Source: Phoronis australis (lineage: Eukaryota; Animalia; Phoronida). From it: a stretch of 64,000 bases of DNA. The notes beneath the pieces were generated by a model. That model ran no database searches. It worked only from the letters and a program-made list of their open reading frames with translations, and was not told the DNA's origin. Below are positions 1 to 12,462 of this stretch, piece by piece. A program made the position numbers and the translations under genes. The first letter of the stretch is position 1; each line of letters starts with the position of its first letter. The stretch is from assembly GCA_002633005.1 (NCBI GenBank), contig NMRA01000060.1, forward strand, positions 783,417 through 847,416. Reading direction: 5' to 3'.

Positions 1-104
1 TTTTTCTGTTTTTACCTCTAAAAATCAAGCATTTTCCTTGATTCATGAAGTATTATTCAAGAAAAAAAAAACGGAGAACGTGTCAAACAGGAAAACTGAA
101 TGTA

Positions 105-170
105 CCAAAGACTTGAACTCACGACCCCGGGGTTAGAGAGCGCGTGCGTTACCACTACACCACCACGATA
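105..170 (-). mobile_element. tRNA-derived SINE-like head (Pol III A/B boxes)
   Basis: The reverse strand reads TGGTGTAGTGG (A box) ... GAGTTCAAGTC (B box) at tRNA-like spacing. No clean acceptor stem, so not called a functional tRNA. Confidence 0.5.
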
Positions 171-472
171 TAACTGGTACACTCATGCTAAAAGATCTAC
201 TTGTTTATGGTCCACAGCGTTTGCGCGCGAAACCTACTTCTTTTCGTAATGCTTATTACACGTTTTATATTTTGTGCCATGAATTCTTAACAAATTTGTC
301 GTATTTAAAATAGTCTTCAAATGCCCAAAAGACCAAATCCGTTTTTCGAGTTGGCAATAATGACGGGATTGCTTTGGAAATCGTCTAAGTTAAGGTTTGA
401 CAAAGAGAGTATTGCGAGTTTCTGAGTGATTCACTAAGGCTTCGATTGAAATTCACATCTTACCAGCAGCTT

Positions 473-646
473 NNNNNNNNNNNNNNNNNNNNNNNNNNNN
501 NNNNNNNNNNNNNNNNNNNNNNNNNNNNNNNNNNNNNNNNNNNNNNNNNNNNNNNNNNNNNNNNNNNNNNNNNNNNNNNNNNNNNNNNNNNNNNNNNNNN
601 NNNNNNNNNNNNNNNNNNNNNNNNNNNNNNNNNNNNNNNNNNNNNN
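473..646. other. Assembly gap (N run)
   Basis: Run of N followed by a G-homopolymer. Smaller gaps occur at 7154, 33393-33401 and 55339. Confidence 0.98.
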
Positions 647-702
647 GGGGGGGGGGGGGGGGGGCCCGGGCCCCCTGGGCCCCCCCCCTAAATCCGCCTA
701 TG
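647..702. mobile_element. Right end of a GC-rich non-autonomous DNA transposon (hAT-like MITE), truncated by the gap
   Basis: GGGCCCGGGCCCCCTGGGCCCCCCCCCTAAATCCGCCTATG resembles the ...ATCCGCC(A/T) termini also seen at 51870-51885 and 52890. Confidence 0.45.
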
Positions 703-3700
703 CTTGAGTACTCAAACTGCTCCCTAATTCAAGAGTTTTTGTTAACAGTTTGGTAATTTATGAAAGACATTGTGTGAATCACAGTTGAAGTTGAGGGTCT
801 TTGTGTTTTTTCCATTTCAGTCAAATTTTGCCAGTTTCAGATAAAAATAATTGCCAAACTTTTCTTTTTTTCAAGGGTCTAGTATTGTTATGAATGGCTC
901 CAAGTTTTCAAAATAATGGTCTTGTGGTCACTGTGGTACTACATATATTTTATGAAAATTTTCAATTGTCCACCATATTAAATTGATGAGATTATGCCCT
1001 AGATTCACTGTCATTGCTGGTGCCAGTGTGTTGTGTCTTCTCCACCAATTAATATGTGCAGAGAACATTTATTAAATATAATTTATGTCATCTGTTGACC
1101 ACGTGGCCAAAATTCTTGCTCTCCATGTATTAATAACAACAAGCTGTCCTCTAATTGGTTGTTATTTTGTTGTTAGTCTAAGCAATTGAAGGCTATTGGA
1201 TGACATTTAGTTTGTTATTGTTTTTCTTAACCTAGGGTCAGTGAATGGACAAGGTAACACTGTCATTGTACTTTATTCCAATCTGATTTTGTCTTATTTG
1301 AAGGCTTCATATATTTCTCAAGCAGCCATGATGTCAATTTTCAGAGTTGGGGTTATGATGAAGAACTATGGGTGTGTTTAATCAGCTTTTACTCTTGTGG
1401 CAACTTTACGTAAATGGAGCATTATGAATAATTGAAAATTAAGAATAGTCCAAATTATCTTTTAAAATGGTTGCAGTGTGTGGATTATCACCCTCTAGTT
1501 TGGTTTAACAAATTAGAAGTTAATTATCGTAAAATCTTTGCCTGTTTGTAGCTATTGTATAGAACTTGGAAATGATGAAGAACTTTTTACGAAGGTATAA
1601 AATTTCACTTGTCTGCCATATTGTGTCCTAAATTAGTTAGATTTTACCATGCAACACTGATGAGACAAGCAGAATGTTGACTTTTGTTAATCCTAACTTG
1701 CCAAACATAATTAACAAAAGGCTGCCTTTCTATGTGGCTTTTACTTTCAAACCTTTACTCTCATTTGTTCACCAGGAGGGAAGAAGCCACAGCACTCCCT
1801 CTGCCTGACCAGTCAATTTATGTGGCTTGGTCTTTGTGGCCTCCCTGGGGGAAGTTATGGTAGATTGAGTGAAGAGGCTTTACTAGGATAGACTTGTTCT
1901 GACAATAGCCAAATGGTTCCAGTTGTAAACACATCTCCAGTAGAGTCCCTGTAAAAAGGAATATCAAGTGGAAATTTCAAAACAGAGTTTTTGCTCACAA
2001 AAATAATTTCTGGTTTGATAGATGTTTTTAATATTTAATTTCTTGAGCACATTCAAATCTGCTTGTGATTTATTAGACAAACAAACATTTTATTTTGCAA
2101 TATTTTGTTAACAAGATTTAAATATTATGATTTTTACTGAAAGCCTGACATTATCAGGTTACAGATTTGCACAAAAGGTGTGTGGTGTACTAAAACAAAA
2201 TTGGGCTCTTTTCAAATGAACACTGGTTTAATCTTAAAATTAAACACAACTGCGGGTATAAATCTCGACAATTGCTTTCCTGAAGACTTTTCATATCACT
2301 AAGTGAACCTTTGTCTTGCAGACTCTTAACTAACAGGGTCTCCTTCAGAAAACAAAACAGTAATATGAAACCCGTGGGCATATGAAAATGAACCAAACTA
2401 ATGGTAAACATTAGCCATGTTTTGAGAAATAATTGAATGAATTGGTGTTGAATCAAACCCTTTCAGGACATTTTGCTTATCATAACATATGTTTAAACCT
2501 ACATCTACAAAAGATCTCATATTATTTTTAGTCAGATATTGAAAGCATTTGATTTGCAATAATATCCCATGGTAAATGGTAAATAGAAAGTTTGTGTATT
2601 ACCCCAAGTAATTCAATATAAAGCCTGTCAGAAATAAACCATTTTGTCTAGAATGTTTAGAATACACAACATTGTCCAAGGCCTTTTGTGGTCCTCAAAT
2701 TCAAGTGATTAATGTACTAGGCTGACATGTTGGTCACTTTGGGATACAACACATTGATGTACTAACTGCCTCCAGATTGCATGTTGTGGACCCATCGATC
2801 TACCAAAATATCAAAATGAAATGAAATGTATTATAATTATTTCATAATTTTCTAAAATTCAATATTTGTTTATTAAGAATTAATATCATTCAGTAAGTGT
2901 TCCTGGAGTTTTTAGTTACCAGATAAAAATTGTAATTTTGCACCAGGTTTTCTCCTATATCACAAACTCAGAATATTTGAATAAGTAAACTTTCAGTCCA
3001 TGTTTTATTTGTTCAAATTTTCCTCAAACTTTTTTTCTTTGTGAGGTGAAAGGTGCTGTAAACCGTTTATGCCTGTATTTTAAGCCTAATACTCAGGTAT
3101 GCTTAAGGTGTTGAGATAATATTTAGAGAGCCTCCCACAATTGACTCAGTATCACAGGAGATCAGGACAGAGATCTGTATGTTGAAGACACACACCACTA
3201 GGTCCCATAAGTTGTGGTAACCGTGACTACATCTGGGTGAACAAACATTCTATTGCAAGTCTTTCATTAATAAAATACCTGGAATTAGAGTGATCTTTTT
3301 CTGAACTAACAATTGTTTTAGTAATTTCTCGTGCTTTCCGTGGCTATGTTGTAACTATGTATGAGATGTGCGATTGCATAATTAACATTCAGCTGAGCTT
3401 TGTCACCACAGGTATTGTCCTTGGCACGAACTGTTGTGTACTCACAGCCCAACTCCTATTTGTTCACTAACAGACAGCAAACTTCCACAGGCTACATTCA
3501 GCTAATAAACATAGGCCAAATTGTTGGCTCTACTAGCCTCAGTGATTCAAGATTTCATCATGCTAATAAGGTGCTTTGGGTTTTTAAAGAAGCATTGTTT
3601 GCTCATCACTCATCTTGTCATAATAATTGTAAACAACAAGAGCTGATTAATTATTCTGTCACTCGTTTTAAACCTGATGACATGCAAAGTGTTTCCGGTG

Positions 3701-4704
3701 ATCTAATACTTAGCGGTGACTTCTCTGAAATTCCATCATAGCATTTAATTTTATTGTTGTGCTTAGTAAAATTTTTTAAAATGTGTACGAAATACAGTAA
3801 TATCTCGCCAATTTCGGTCAAAAATAATTGCCAAGATTGATTTTTTTCTGTTTTCAAAGGTTATTACCATTTGTTGTGAACACCCACCATGTCTCAAAAC
3901 ATTGTTTGATTTGTACCTATGGTTTAGGACTTCTAACATACTGTAATAAAACATTTTTTTGGACTTACATATATTTCAGAAACAAAAAATTCCATTTATC
4001 CACCATACGGCGTTCCAAATGTTACTGGAGTGCTTGTTTTGCTCATATCTTGGTGTCCTACATTGCATGGACACTTCGTCTTTCGCAATTCTGTATTTGA
4101 TTTGATTTTTGATTTTAATAATATCAAGAATGATTGAAAAAACAGTGTTAATAGCCCAAACTGATGAAATTGTTTTGCGATGAACTTGATTTTGTCAGCT
4201 TTTACGTTAAGTTTAAAATTCTATGAACTACTAACATTTCTGGCAGCTTGATGAAACGTTAATAACATTTTCTCATTGAACTGATCATTAATAAGTTTAT
4301 ATTTCTTATTGTATGCAGACCACACATATACCGCAACAAGAGATTTTCTGCTTGTTTGATTTTTTACAAATGAATCCCATGTAATGTGATAAACATCCCC
4401 TTCACACACAATTAAGTCCATTTTCTGCAGACAAGGATACATTTCACTAACCCCATTTAGCAAGGATCTGTATGTCGGCCATCTATAAAGAAGTCCCTAA
4501 TATTATCAGAGCAAGTGTATGTTTTCAACATTCTGTGCTCATTTTTGTCCACCTGTACTGTCTTCATGCTCAAAGGCTTTGTTAGTGTTTTGTATAATTA
4601 CAGTAGTAACAGACTTGTTTCTCACCATTCACTCTTGATTCAAGATTATCAAATTTAACCTCTTGCAAGTGGAACACATTTAATCCTATCACATCCTTTA
4701 GGTA

Positions 4705-4916
4705 AAGAGTAGGTAAACTTTCTTCAAATTAGAATACAATATGGCGGAACACTAAAATTTTCAACGAGAATGAACGAGAAGGCTTTTTACTTGATTGTTT
4801 GAAAACTTCACATAGCAGGCACGCAACTTTTGGCAATTCAGTGAGCTTCTGACAAATGAAAAATGTCAATTTTCGCCATTATTTTTGTTTGAATTTGAGG
4901 AAACTTTACCATTCTA
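4705..4916. mobile_element. MITE with degenerate terminal inverted repeats
   Basis: Left GGTAAACTTTCTTCAAATT..AATATGGCGG; reverse complement of the right end is GGTAAAGTTTCCTCAAATT..AATAATGGCGA. Confidence 0.55.
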
Positions 4917-6851
4917 GATATTGCATAAAAATGGAGAGAAGGTCTTTATTCTATTGAGAACGAGGTTTGCAAAGTTATTTTGCACTAAATGTTAGTCTGC
5001 AGGCGTGTTCAGTTTATCTCTTATTGTGATCAGCCAACCGTTAAAGGTAGACAAGGAAAATAATGATGAAAAGCTACAGAACAGCTAAAATTATATCGTG
5101 TCAAATTGGTGGAATTCTCTACAGATACCAAAGGATATTGAACCTGCCAAAAAGATGTATTAGTTTTTGATGACGTGCTTTAGAAGAGCCTTGATTAGCT
5201 TGTGCATAAGTTAGGATGAGTGTTCAGTTTTATCATTGTAGTCACTAGGGCATATAGGTAATTACAAGGCATGGCTTGATTTGTTATTTGAGTTCCCCAT
5301 TATTATGTAGCTTTATAACAAAGCCCTAAGTGACAGTCGGACATTTTTTCTCAGTCCTATCAGACTTGTTGTCTCCTGTCTGTTCAGAATAACGCGTCAT
5401 GTGATTCCTGCGCGACAAGTCAGTGTTTCACGCAATAATTAGGATGAAATTGGTGCCGTTATAAATTCATGACAAATCTCAAAAGTACAACTTGTCTACT
5501 TTTTGTCTGGTAGTATCAAGATACTTGTGATGTTTTGGGAATTAAAGCTTCACTTCCTCTTGTTTAGCTTGCTTAAAATGTGATACTCCTTACCCTGATA
5601 AAAGTCTATTTCCATTACCAACAAGAACATTAAAACCATCAGACAGGCTTCAGAGTTTAATGGGATTAGCCAACCCTAATATTGCAGATTCAAAATTGGT
5701 GCATATAGACAGTGATGACCTGAGTTTACATAATGTTCAAACTTTGACATCAGCATGGTGTCAGTTTGTTTCTATCTAATACTACAGGAGAGCTGTGAAG
5801 AATAATCTAATATTCAAGGGTAGCCTGTCCCTGGGGCCTGCTAGTGGTCCCTGTATTGATGTGGTACACCAGAATGCTGCTGGTGATAGTTAACTCTGTA
5901 TGATGTGAGGTCTGCTGGCACCTAATACCCACTTTAAGACTTGTTTAAACCACTTGAAATGTTGATCTCAGCTCTTGAAATGAGCAATCAATGCTGCTGA
6001 TACTCAATATTAATACTCTTGAGATGGTACATTCTCGTGACATTATTTCTCGCCAAAGGTGTAACGTGACTATGAATTGTTGCCTTTGTGTTGGGAGCTC
6101 AAGTTTGCTGTATTTTCTAGCTACTACAGAATCCCTTGGACTGCAACAATTCTGGCTGATCATGTCATTGTGTCACCAATGGAGGTAGACTTCTCGGACA
6201 ATCAAACTCCTTCTGCTTGTTTTTCTATTGATTCTTATCCAATAAAATGTCTGACAAAGGCCCTACACAAATATCGAACAGTTGATCACGTGACCCTCAG
6301 TCATTTCCTGCACTGTTACTGTGTCGGCGACTACACATTTTCTATTTGCTCACTTTGTTTTACGCTTTTCTTCATACCTAGTCCCATTGTTGCACAGTCT
6401 GCGGCCAAAATGGCAGCACAGAGAGCCTGTTATTGACCGAGTCCCTGTCTCAGTGTCAATAAAAAACATGTCTCCGCATACCTGATACTCAATCAATGGC
6501 AGTAATTGTCTGCCCTTGTATAGCTATACCTACTAATGTCAACATTGAGAGTCGCAACCAGCAATCTTATGGTCCCATTATCTTATTCTATGATTGTCCA
6601 GATCCATGCAGTGGTCCCATTGGCAGACCGGCATTAAATGTTTGAAAACAGATTTTGAAATGTGATTTAGCAAACTGAATTTAACTTTATGTACCAGAGA
6701 AATCAGAAACTTTGGAAAGTTACTATTCCCTTGTTTTATGTTGATACCGACTGCGAGGACCTCTGCTGTGTAAGTGACTGTTAAAACTATTATCCTAATG
6801 AAAGAAATAAATACAAGGAATGAGCCAATCCCATGTGAACTGACCTGCTCT

Positions 6852-7566
6852 TTTAGACTCCACACAGTCTGCCATGTGAATGCAGGGCAGAAACAAAACA
6901 GGTGTATAATGATTTCAATTTAGTTTCTGTTTGATTGGTAATTGTGTCTAATTTTTCTCATTTAATTGGACAACTATAAGGTTATTAAGGACATTTAATT
7001 AAAATTAATTTAACGTCTTTTCATTGGACTTGCCATGTTTACTTAGCCTCCTGATTTGAATTGTTGACTCATTCAGTGACTAGGAAAATATAAACATCAG
7101 CTCAACTCCAACAAATCGGTTTTTATTCAAAGGGAAAAAAGAGATTTTCTATGNCTTTACTTCGATGGTCATTAACTACCGAAGCCAGTATGAACGGTCC
7201 AGTTAACTGCGCTGTTTACGTCGACGCTCCGCTCAGACCGGAGTTAAGTCAATATGAAAGGGCCTTTAGACTCCACACAGTCTGCCATGTGAATGCAGGG
7301 CAGAAACAAAACAGGTGTATAATGATTTCAATTTAGTTTCTGTTTGATTGGTAATTGTGTCTAATTTTACTCATTTAATTCGACAACTATAAGGTTATTA
7401 AGGACATTTAATTAAAATTAATTTAACGTCTTTTCATTGGACTTGCCATGTTTACTTAGCCTCCTGATTTGAATTGTTGACTCATTCAGTGACTAGGAAA
7501 ATATAAACATCAGCTCAACTCCAACAAATCGGTTTTTATTCAAAGGGAAAAAAGAGATTTTCTATG
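6852..7566. repeat. 302-bp near-identical duplication (6852-7153 / 7265-7566) around a single N; probably two haplotypes
   Basis: Offset 413 nt, about 2 substitutions, N at 7154, and a CpG-rich transposon-end-like insert at 7155-7265. Confidence 0.85.
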
Positions 7567-10500
7567 GTAATCCTATTCAATGAAGGCACCATTCAAAGTT
7601 GTATTAGCCGCCAATGAATAGTCTATTCTTGTCCTGTGATTTGACTGCTTATGCCAACAAAGGTTGACAAATTTCACAAGAGCTTAAAAATGTCTGGCCT
7701 CTCTGTCTCACCCTGTCGGCCATACTTAAAAGTTAGTTCACTTTTTCAGCACTGTAGGTCTGGAGCTCTGCTGTTCGCACCAAGATGTGTTTTTGCAGTT
7801 AGAAATTGATAAATGTATTCGACTAATTGATAGTAAGACTGTCTTAGGAGCCCCTGTTATAGTATGGTATATGGCTATATGTACTCCACCTTTTTGCTTG
7901 TGTGTTGAGTATTTTGTAGTCACACAACATGTTCAATATAAAATGTTTGGCCATTCTTAAAAGTTCCACACCTGTTCACTTGTAGAAACAATTAAAACTA
8001 CTATAAACCCACACTCTGTTCAAGAAGCAAACTTGTGTTTCAGACCACTTACACTATGAAATTGGCCTCAACTTGTTCCTTATTCAGATGAGAAGAGATT
8101 TCTCGGTTGTCAAGGAACACCAGTGGTAATTCTTTGTCCCCATGTTCAGCAAATAAAATGACATGCTGCCACAAGTCAGTTTGTAGTGCTTGATCTCTAG
8201 CAATAGGGAATTATGTAACAGTCACTTACACAGAGTCTCCCATTTTGACAACCTGTTTTCTCCACTGAATAATGGACATAAAACTTGTTCTCAAAATGCT
8301 GGATCCCCTGTAAATGACTATAATCGAAAGTGGTCAGTTGTTTTGAAGCTTTGAAATCACCTTCAATTTGACTAAAAATTTTGAAACCATTTTGTAATGG
8401 TGATTGGTTTAAGTTAAAAGTGGTGTTTCTGGAATTGATTTCTTCTTCATAATAACAGAGTCAAACATGAATCTGTTGTTCTGGACAGAGAACATTCTCA
8501 TCAGATATCTTTAGGTTCCATGTCTGCAACTGTCCACTTGAACCATTGGTTGGGATATACTAGAAAGCTAACAGTTACATCTTTGTCTGATGATCAGCGT
8601 GACCATGACAACAACAGTGAGAGATGTTATGATCTCACTCCAACACCTCCAGAGTTGTGGCCAATATGGCTGTTAAGAATGCACTGGTCTTGCTCTCCTT
8701 TGTGTGAAGAACATTATTGTTTGCTAGACATGTTTGATCAAAGTATCAAGCTGGAAAGATGTCCTTGGGCAGATTATCCTCTCTTCTGTCCTGTAAAATG
8801 ATTTATCAAGGATGTTAACCTTTCTTCATCTTATGTTTTACCTCCATATCATTTGTGCTTTGGGTTGTAACTGTTCCAGTTTTGGCTAGTCAGGTAGAAC
8901 CTATCCTAGACACTGAGAGTAGCAGAAACTCTGTGCAGTTACAGTTGAGGTCTTATGTAAATATTTGTATTCAAATATGTAAAAGCATGATGTTGGATTA
9001 TATGACCTGTTGTTTGTTTTATTTCCATCTGAGCAATAGCCACAGGTCTGTTGGACCTCTCTATTTGAGTTTCACTTTGGCTGCAAATATTTATTTTTGG
9101 CACCATAGTTTTTGCACTGTCTTGTAATTCCACAATTTTAAATGGGTTTTGTTGTTGGTGTGTCCCTATTGAAAGAAGGTCGGATAGGGACATAGGGGTG
9201 CACCCTGCTGTCTGTCTCAGAGTGTGTTGTGACTTTTTCTGCATTCTTGGATGTCTCTCGTGGAATTTTTGTTTCTGTTAACTCCAACCATGTTTTAACA
9301 CTGGCTTTATAATCAGAGCTAAGCTTTATGTCTGACATTGAGTGGTCCTTAATATAGGATGCAGGCATTGAGGGACTGATTGATTTAAAGATTGTTCCCT
9401 GATCTGTGTGAACAGTGAAGTTCCGTGTTACATCATTTGGCCATCATTAGTACATAAATCATTAAATCCATCCATTCAGAGTTTCACTTACTTTTGCATG
9501 CTGTTCTAGTGTGCAATATTGATCCAACTATATATCAACCAACCATTTATATCTATTATATCTATGTAGTTTGTTTATTGTTACATATTTACTATTATTA
9601 TGTATTTAATATTTGTTCCTTTGTGTACTGGATCACCGCACCTTCAAAAGGGTGATATTCACAGTATACATATTATCCAACATGGCTGCTTTTCTGGTCT
9701 ACAAGACCTCCACATTGGGGTAGCCATCAAGAGAAATCTGCTGGACTGTCAAGTGATGTGTTGATGGGAGACCTGCATGTCACCCCATTGTCTTCCTACA
9801 TAACACAAGCCATACTGTTTGTTATTATAAATCTATGGCCATCTTACACCCATTACCTTGAGCAGATGGATTTTAAATATGACCTGGAGGTGATTTCCAT
9901 TTACAAATGCTTGTAAATCAAAGTGATAATTTCCTTTCCACTATTGTTCATGGAGCAGTTCTGAGTTTTCAATAGTATCATCAGTTTGGTTGAATGGTCA
10001 TCTACTGAAGGCTCAGTGTCTGAGGGCCATTCTTTGGTCAAATTGTAAGGATGGTTGAAGCATGGCCAAAGACAAACCCTGGAGATGGACTTTGTGCCAA
10101 ACTTTGTGGCTTACTATCACATATGACAAGTGAAGTGGTTCTAATAACTGCTGGTTTTATGTTTTAACTAGTAGTTAATTGTAGTATTCTGTCCTCACTG
10201 ACCCTAGTGGTGGTACTGGTTGCAATTGTGAGGCATGATTCATTTCTGTCCATAGTCGTCAGCCTCTTGTAGTTCAAGATGTCAATTGTTCTTAACAGGG
10301 TCGTTTTCATTTTGCCTAGTGAAGTTTTTGCTGTTTATATCTACCTGCTCATTTTACCTTTGGTTGCCATGGCCACATATTGATTACATCATCATTGATG
10401 TAGGTGACATACCCTACAGCTAATGTTTGCCTTACTTTAAATAGTTTCTACTTGACTCAGTGTTTATTTGCATAAAGCCTGCATACATTCCGTCCTTAAT

Positions 10501-12097
10501 ACCATAAGTCATTGTTTGTTTGGTAGAATTAGTAGGAATATATAAATCTTAAACAAGCGTGGAAATGTGTATCACAAATTAGTGGAGGTATCAAAATTTT
10601 TTAAGCTTTGAAAGGATCATAAACTGATATTTCGTTATCTCAATTGGATTTCTGGTATTTTCAACCAAGCCTTGATGGCTGCCCCATGTTGAGGTCCAGC
10701 AATGTGCAGAGCACCATGGACAACATGATCTCCCTTGGTAATGATCATTCCTGTATATCTAGACAGTCCTCATTGCTTGGTCATCAGGTTTCACACCAGC
10801 CTCATACTTTTTCTATTACTTCCTGTCTGCTCTGTTCAGCTGTTGTGAAGAAATTCTTTACATAAATCCATCATAATACAAGATATACATGTTGGACATT
10901 TGTACTCAAAATGACGCTGGTATCACTTTGTCTTTGAATATAATTGAATGGGCAAGCACTGGAGGTTCGCCCATTTTATTTTACTCTGTTTTATTTATTT
11001 TATTTTATTTTATTTTAATTGTGCCAAAAAGTAGAGTATTGCTGGAATTGTTTTATTCAGAACAGAAGTCCTATTAAGCTTGGAATTGTGAAGCTGAAAT
11101 ATTCTACCAGTTCAGGTTAGGGAAATGTCCACACACAAATTTTCATAAATTTTACTTTGAAACAGGTTTTCGGTTTTGTTTGTCAACACTTTCTTCACTG
11201 AAGTTACCCTTAGGTGTTTAACCCTAGATACAGAGTGGTTCAGACATATTAATTGTACCCTTTAACTTCTGGTTTACATATGGCCCTGTGTTGTTACCCG
11301 CAAGTGTGCTAATTAATGATTAAACAGGTGTGTCCTTGGAGTAGGTGGGGACAAACGGCCTCTCGTTCCCTTACCTGGTCGTCCAGGTGTCTATATGCTG
11401 TGCGCAAGGTGTCATCTGTCACATAATTATAGCTCATTTTTTCAACTTCTTTCATTTAAACCAGTCAAAACCTACTAGGCAGTGTTAATTAAATTTTTAA
11501 GTAGTTGGTATTAAGTCATTAATAATGAATGTACTCATTAATTTACAGTACTGGCATTGCACACCATTTCCAAAGAATGTACATTGTCAGTATTTGTTAC
11601 CTCTTAAGGGGACTGGGTCTGTTTCAAAATCTATTGTTCTGTGGTGTTTGACAGTGCAATTAGGAGAATCTTATCTCGAAGAGAGGAGATTTAGGTCAGG
11701 AGAGATGGGTGTTGAAAAACTGAAGACAAACAGACTGGCTGTGTTTTGATAGTGATATTGGTTCTGATAACATGGGGTGGATGATGTAGAGAGGGTCTGA
11801 ACTAGATGAGCCAGGTTTGTAATAGACCACAAGGAGTCTCTGCAGGCAGACTTCTTATTAAAGCCAACACACTCTCACTTCAACTGTGCTAACATTATGC
11901 TATTTTTCCTTCGTTAATAATTGACCGACTTTGAGTTGAATGCACCCTGATAAATGTACAATCTCTTCACCTGGCTGCATTTGCGACACGGCAGGAGTAA
12001 TTTTAGGGACGTGCTCTGCTTCTTTGATGCAGAAATATTTTCTTCAACATGTTATTACCGGTAACTCCAACCAGTGGTCTTCCAAATTGTCCCATAA

Positions 12098-12462
12098 GTG
12101 CCGTTTACACTACAAAAGTTGACACGGATCAGCTGACACGGAACGAGTATGTCTGTAAAGTGTAAAGGGAACTGAATTAGAGCAAACTGACACCGTGGTG
12201 ACAATTTTTGCCACCCGTTAGCTAGGTAGAGCAATTTGCTCTAGAACATCTTGCTCCGTGTCAACTATGTCTCTTAACGCGAAACTGGGGCAAGGCGGAA
12301 AGGATGATCTCTACTGCGCTTGTGTAATGACCTAAATACAGGTTCTCTGTCTCTTCAACTCCCGTCATTTGTAAACCTGCGCATGTGTGAACCAATGCTT
12401 GACACTGATCAATTTGCTCCGTGTCAGTTGCGTCGGGCCAAAAGTTGATGTCTAAACGGGAC
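12098..12462. mobile_element. PIF/Harbinger (Tourist-like) MITE
   Basis: TIRs GTGCCGTTTACAC / GTCTAAACGGGAC (2 mismatches), TAA target-site duplication (12095-97, 12463-65), subterminal TGACACGG/CCGTGTCA repeats. Confidence 0.8.
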
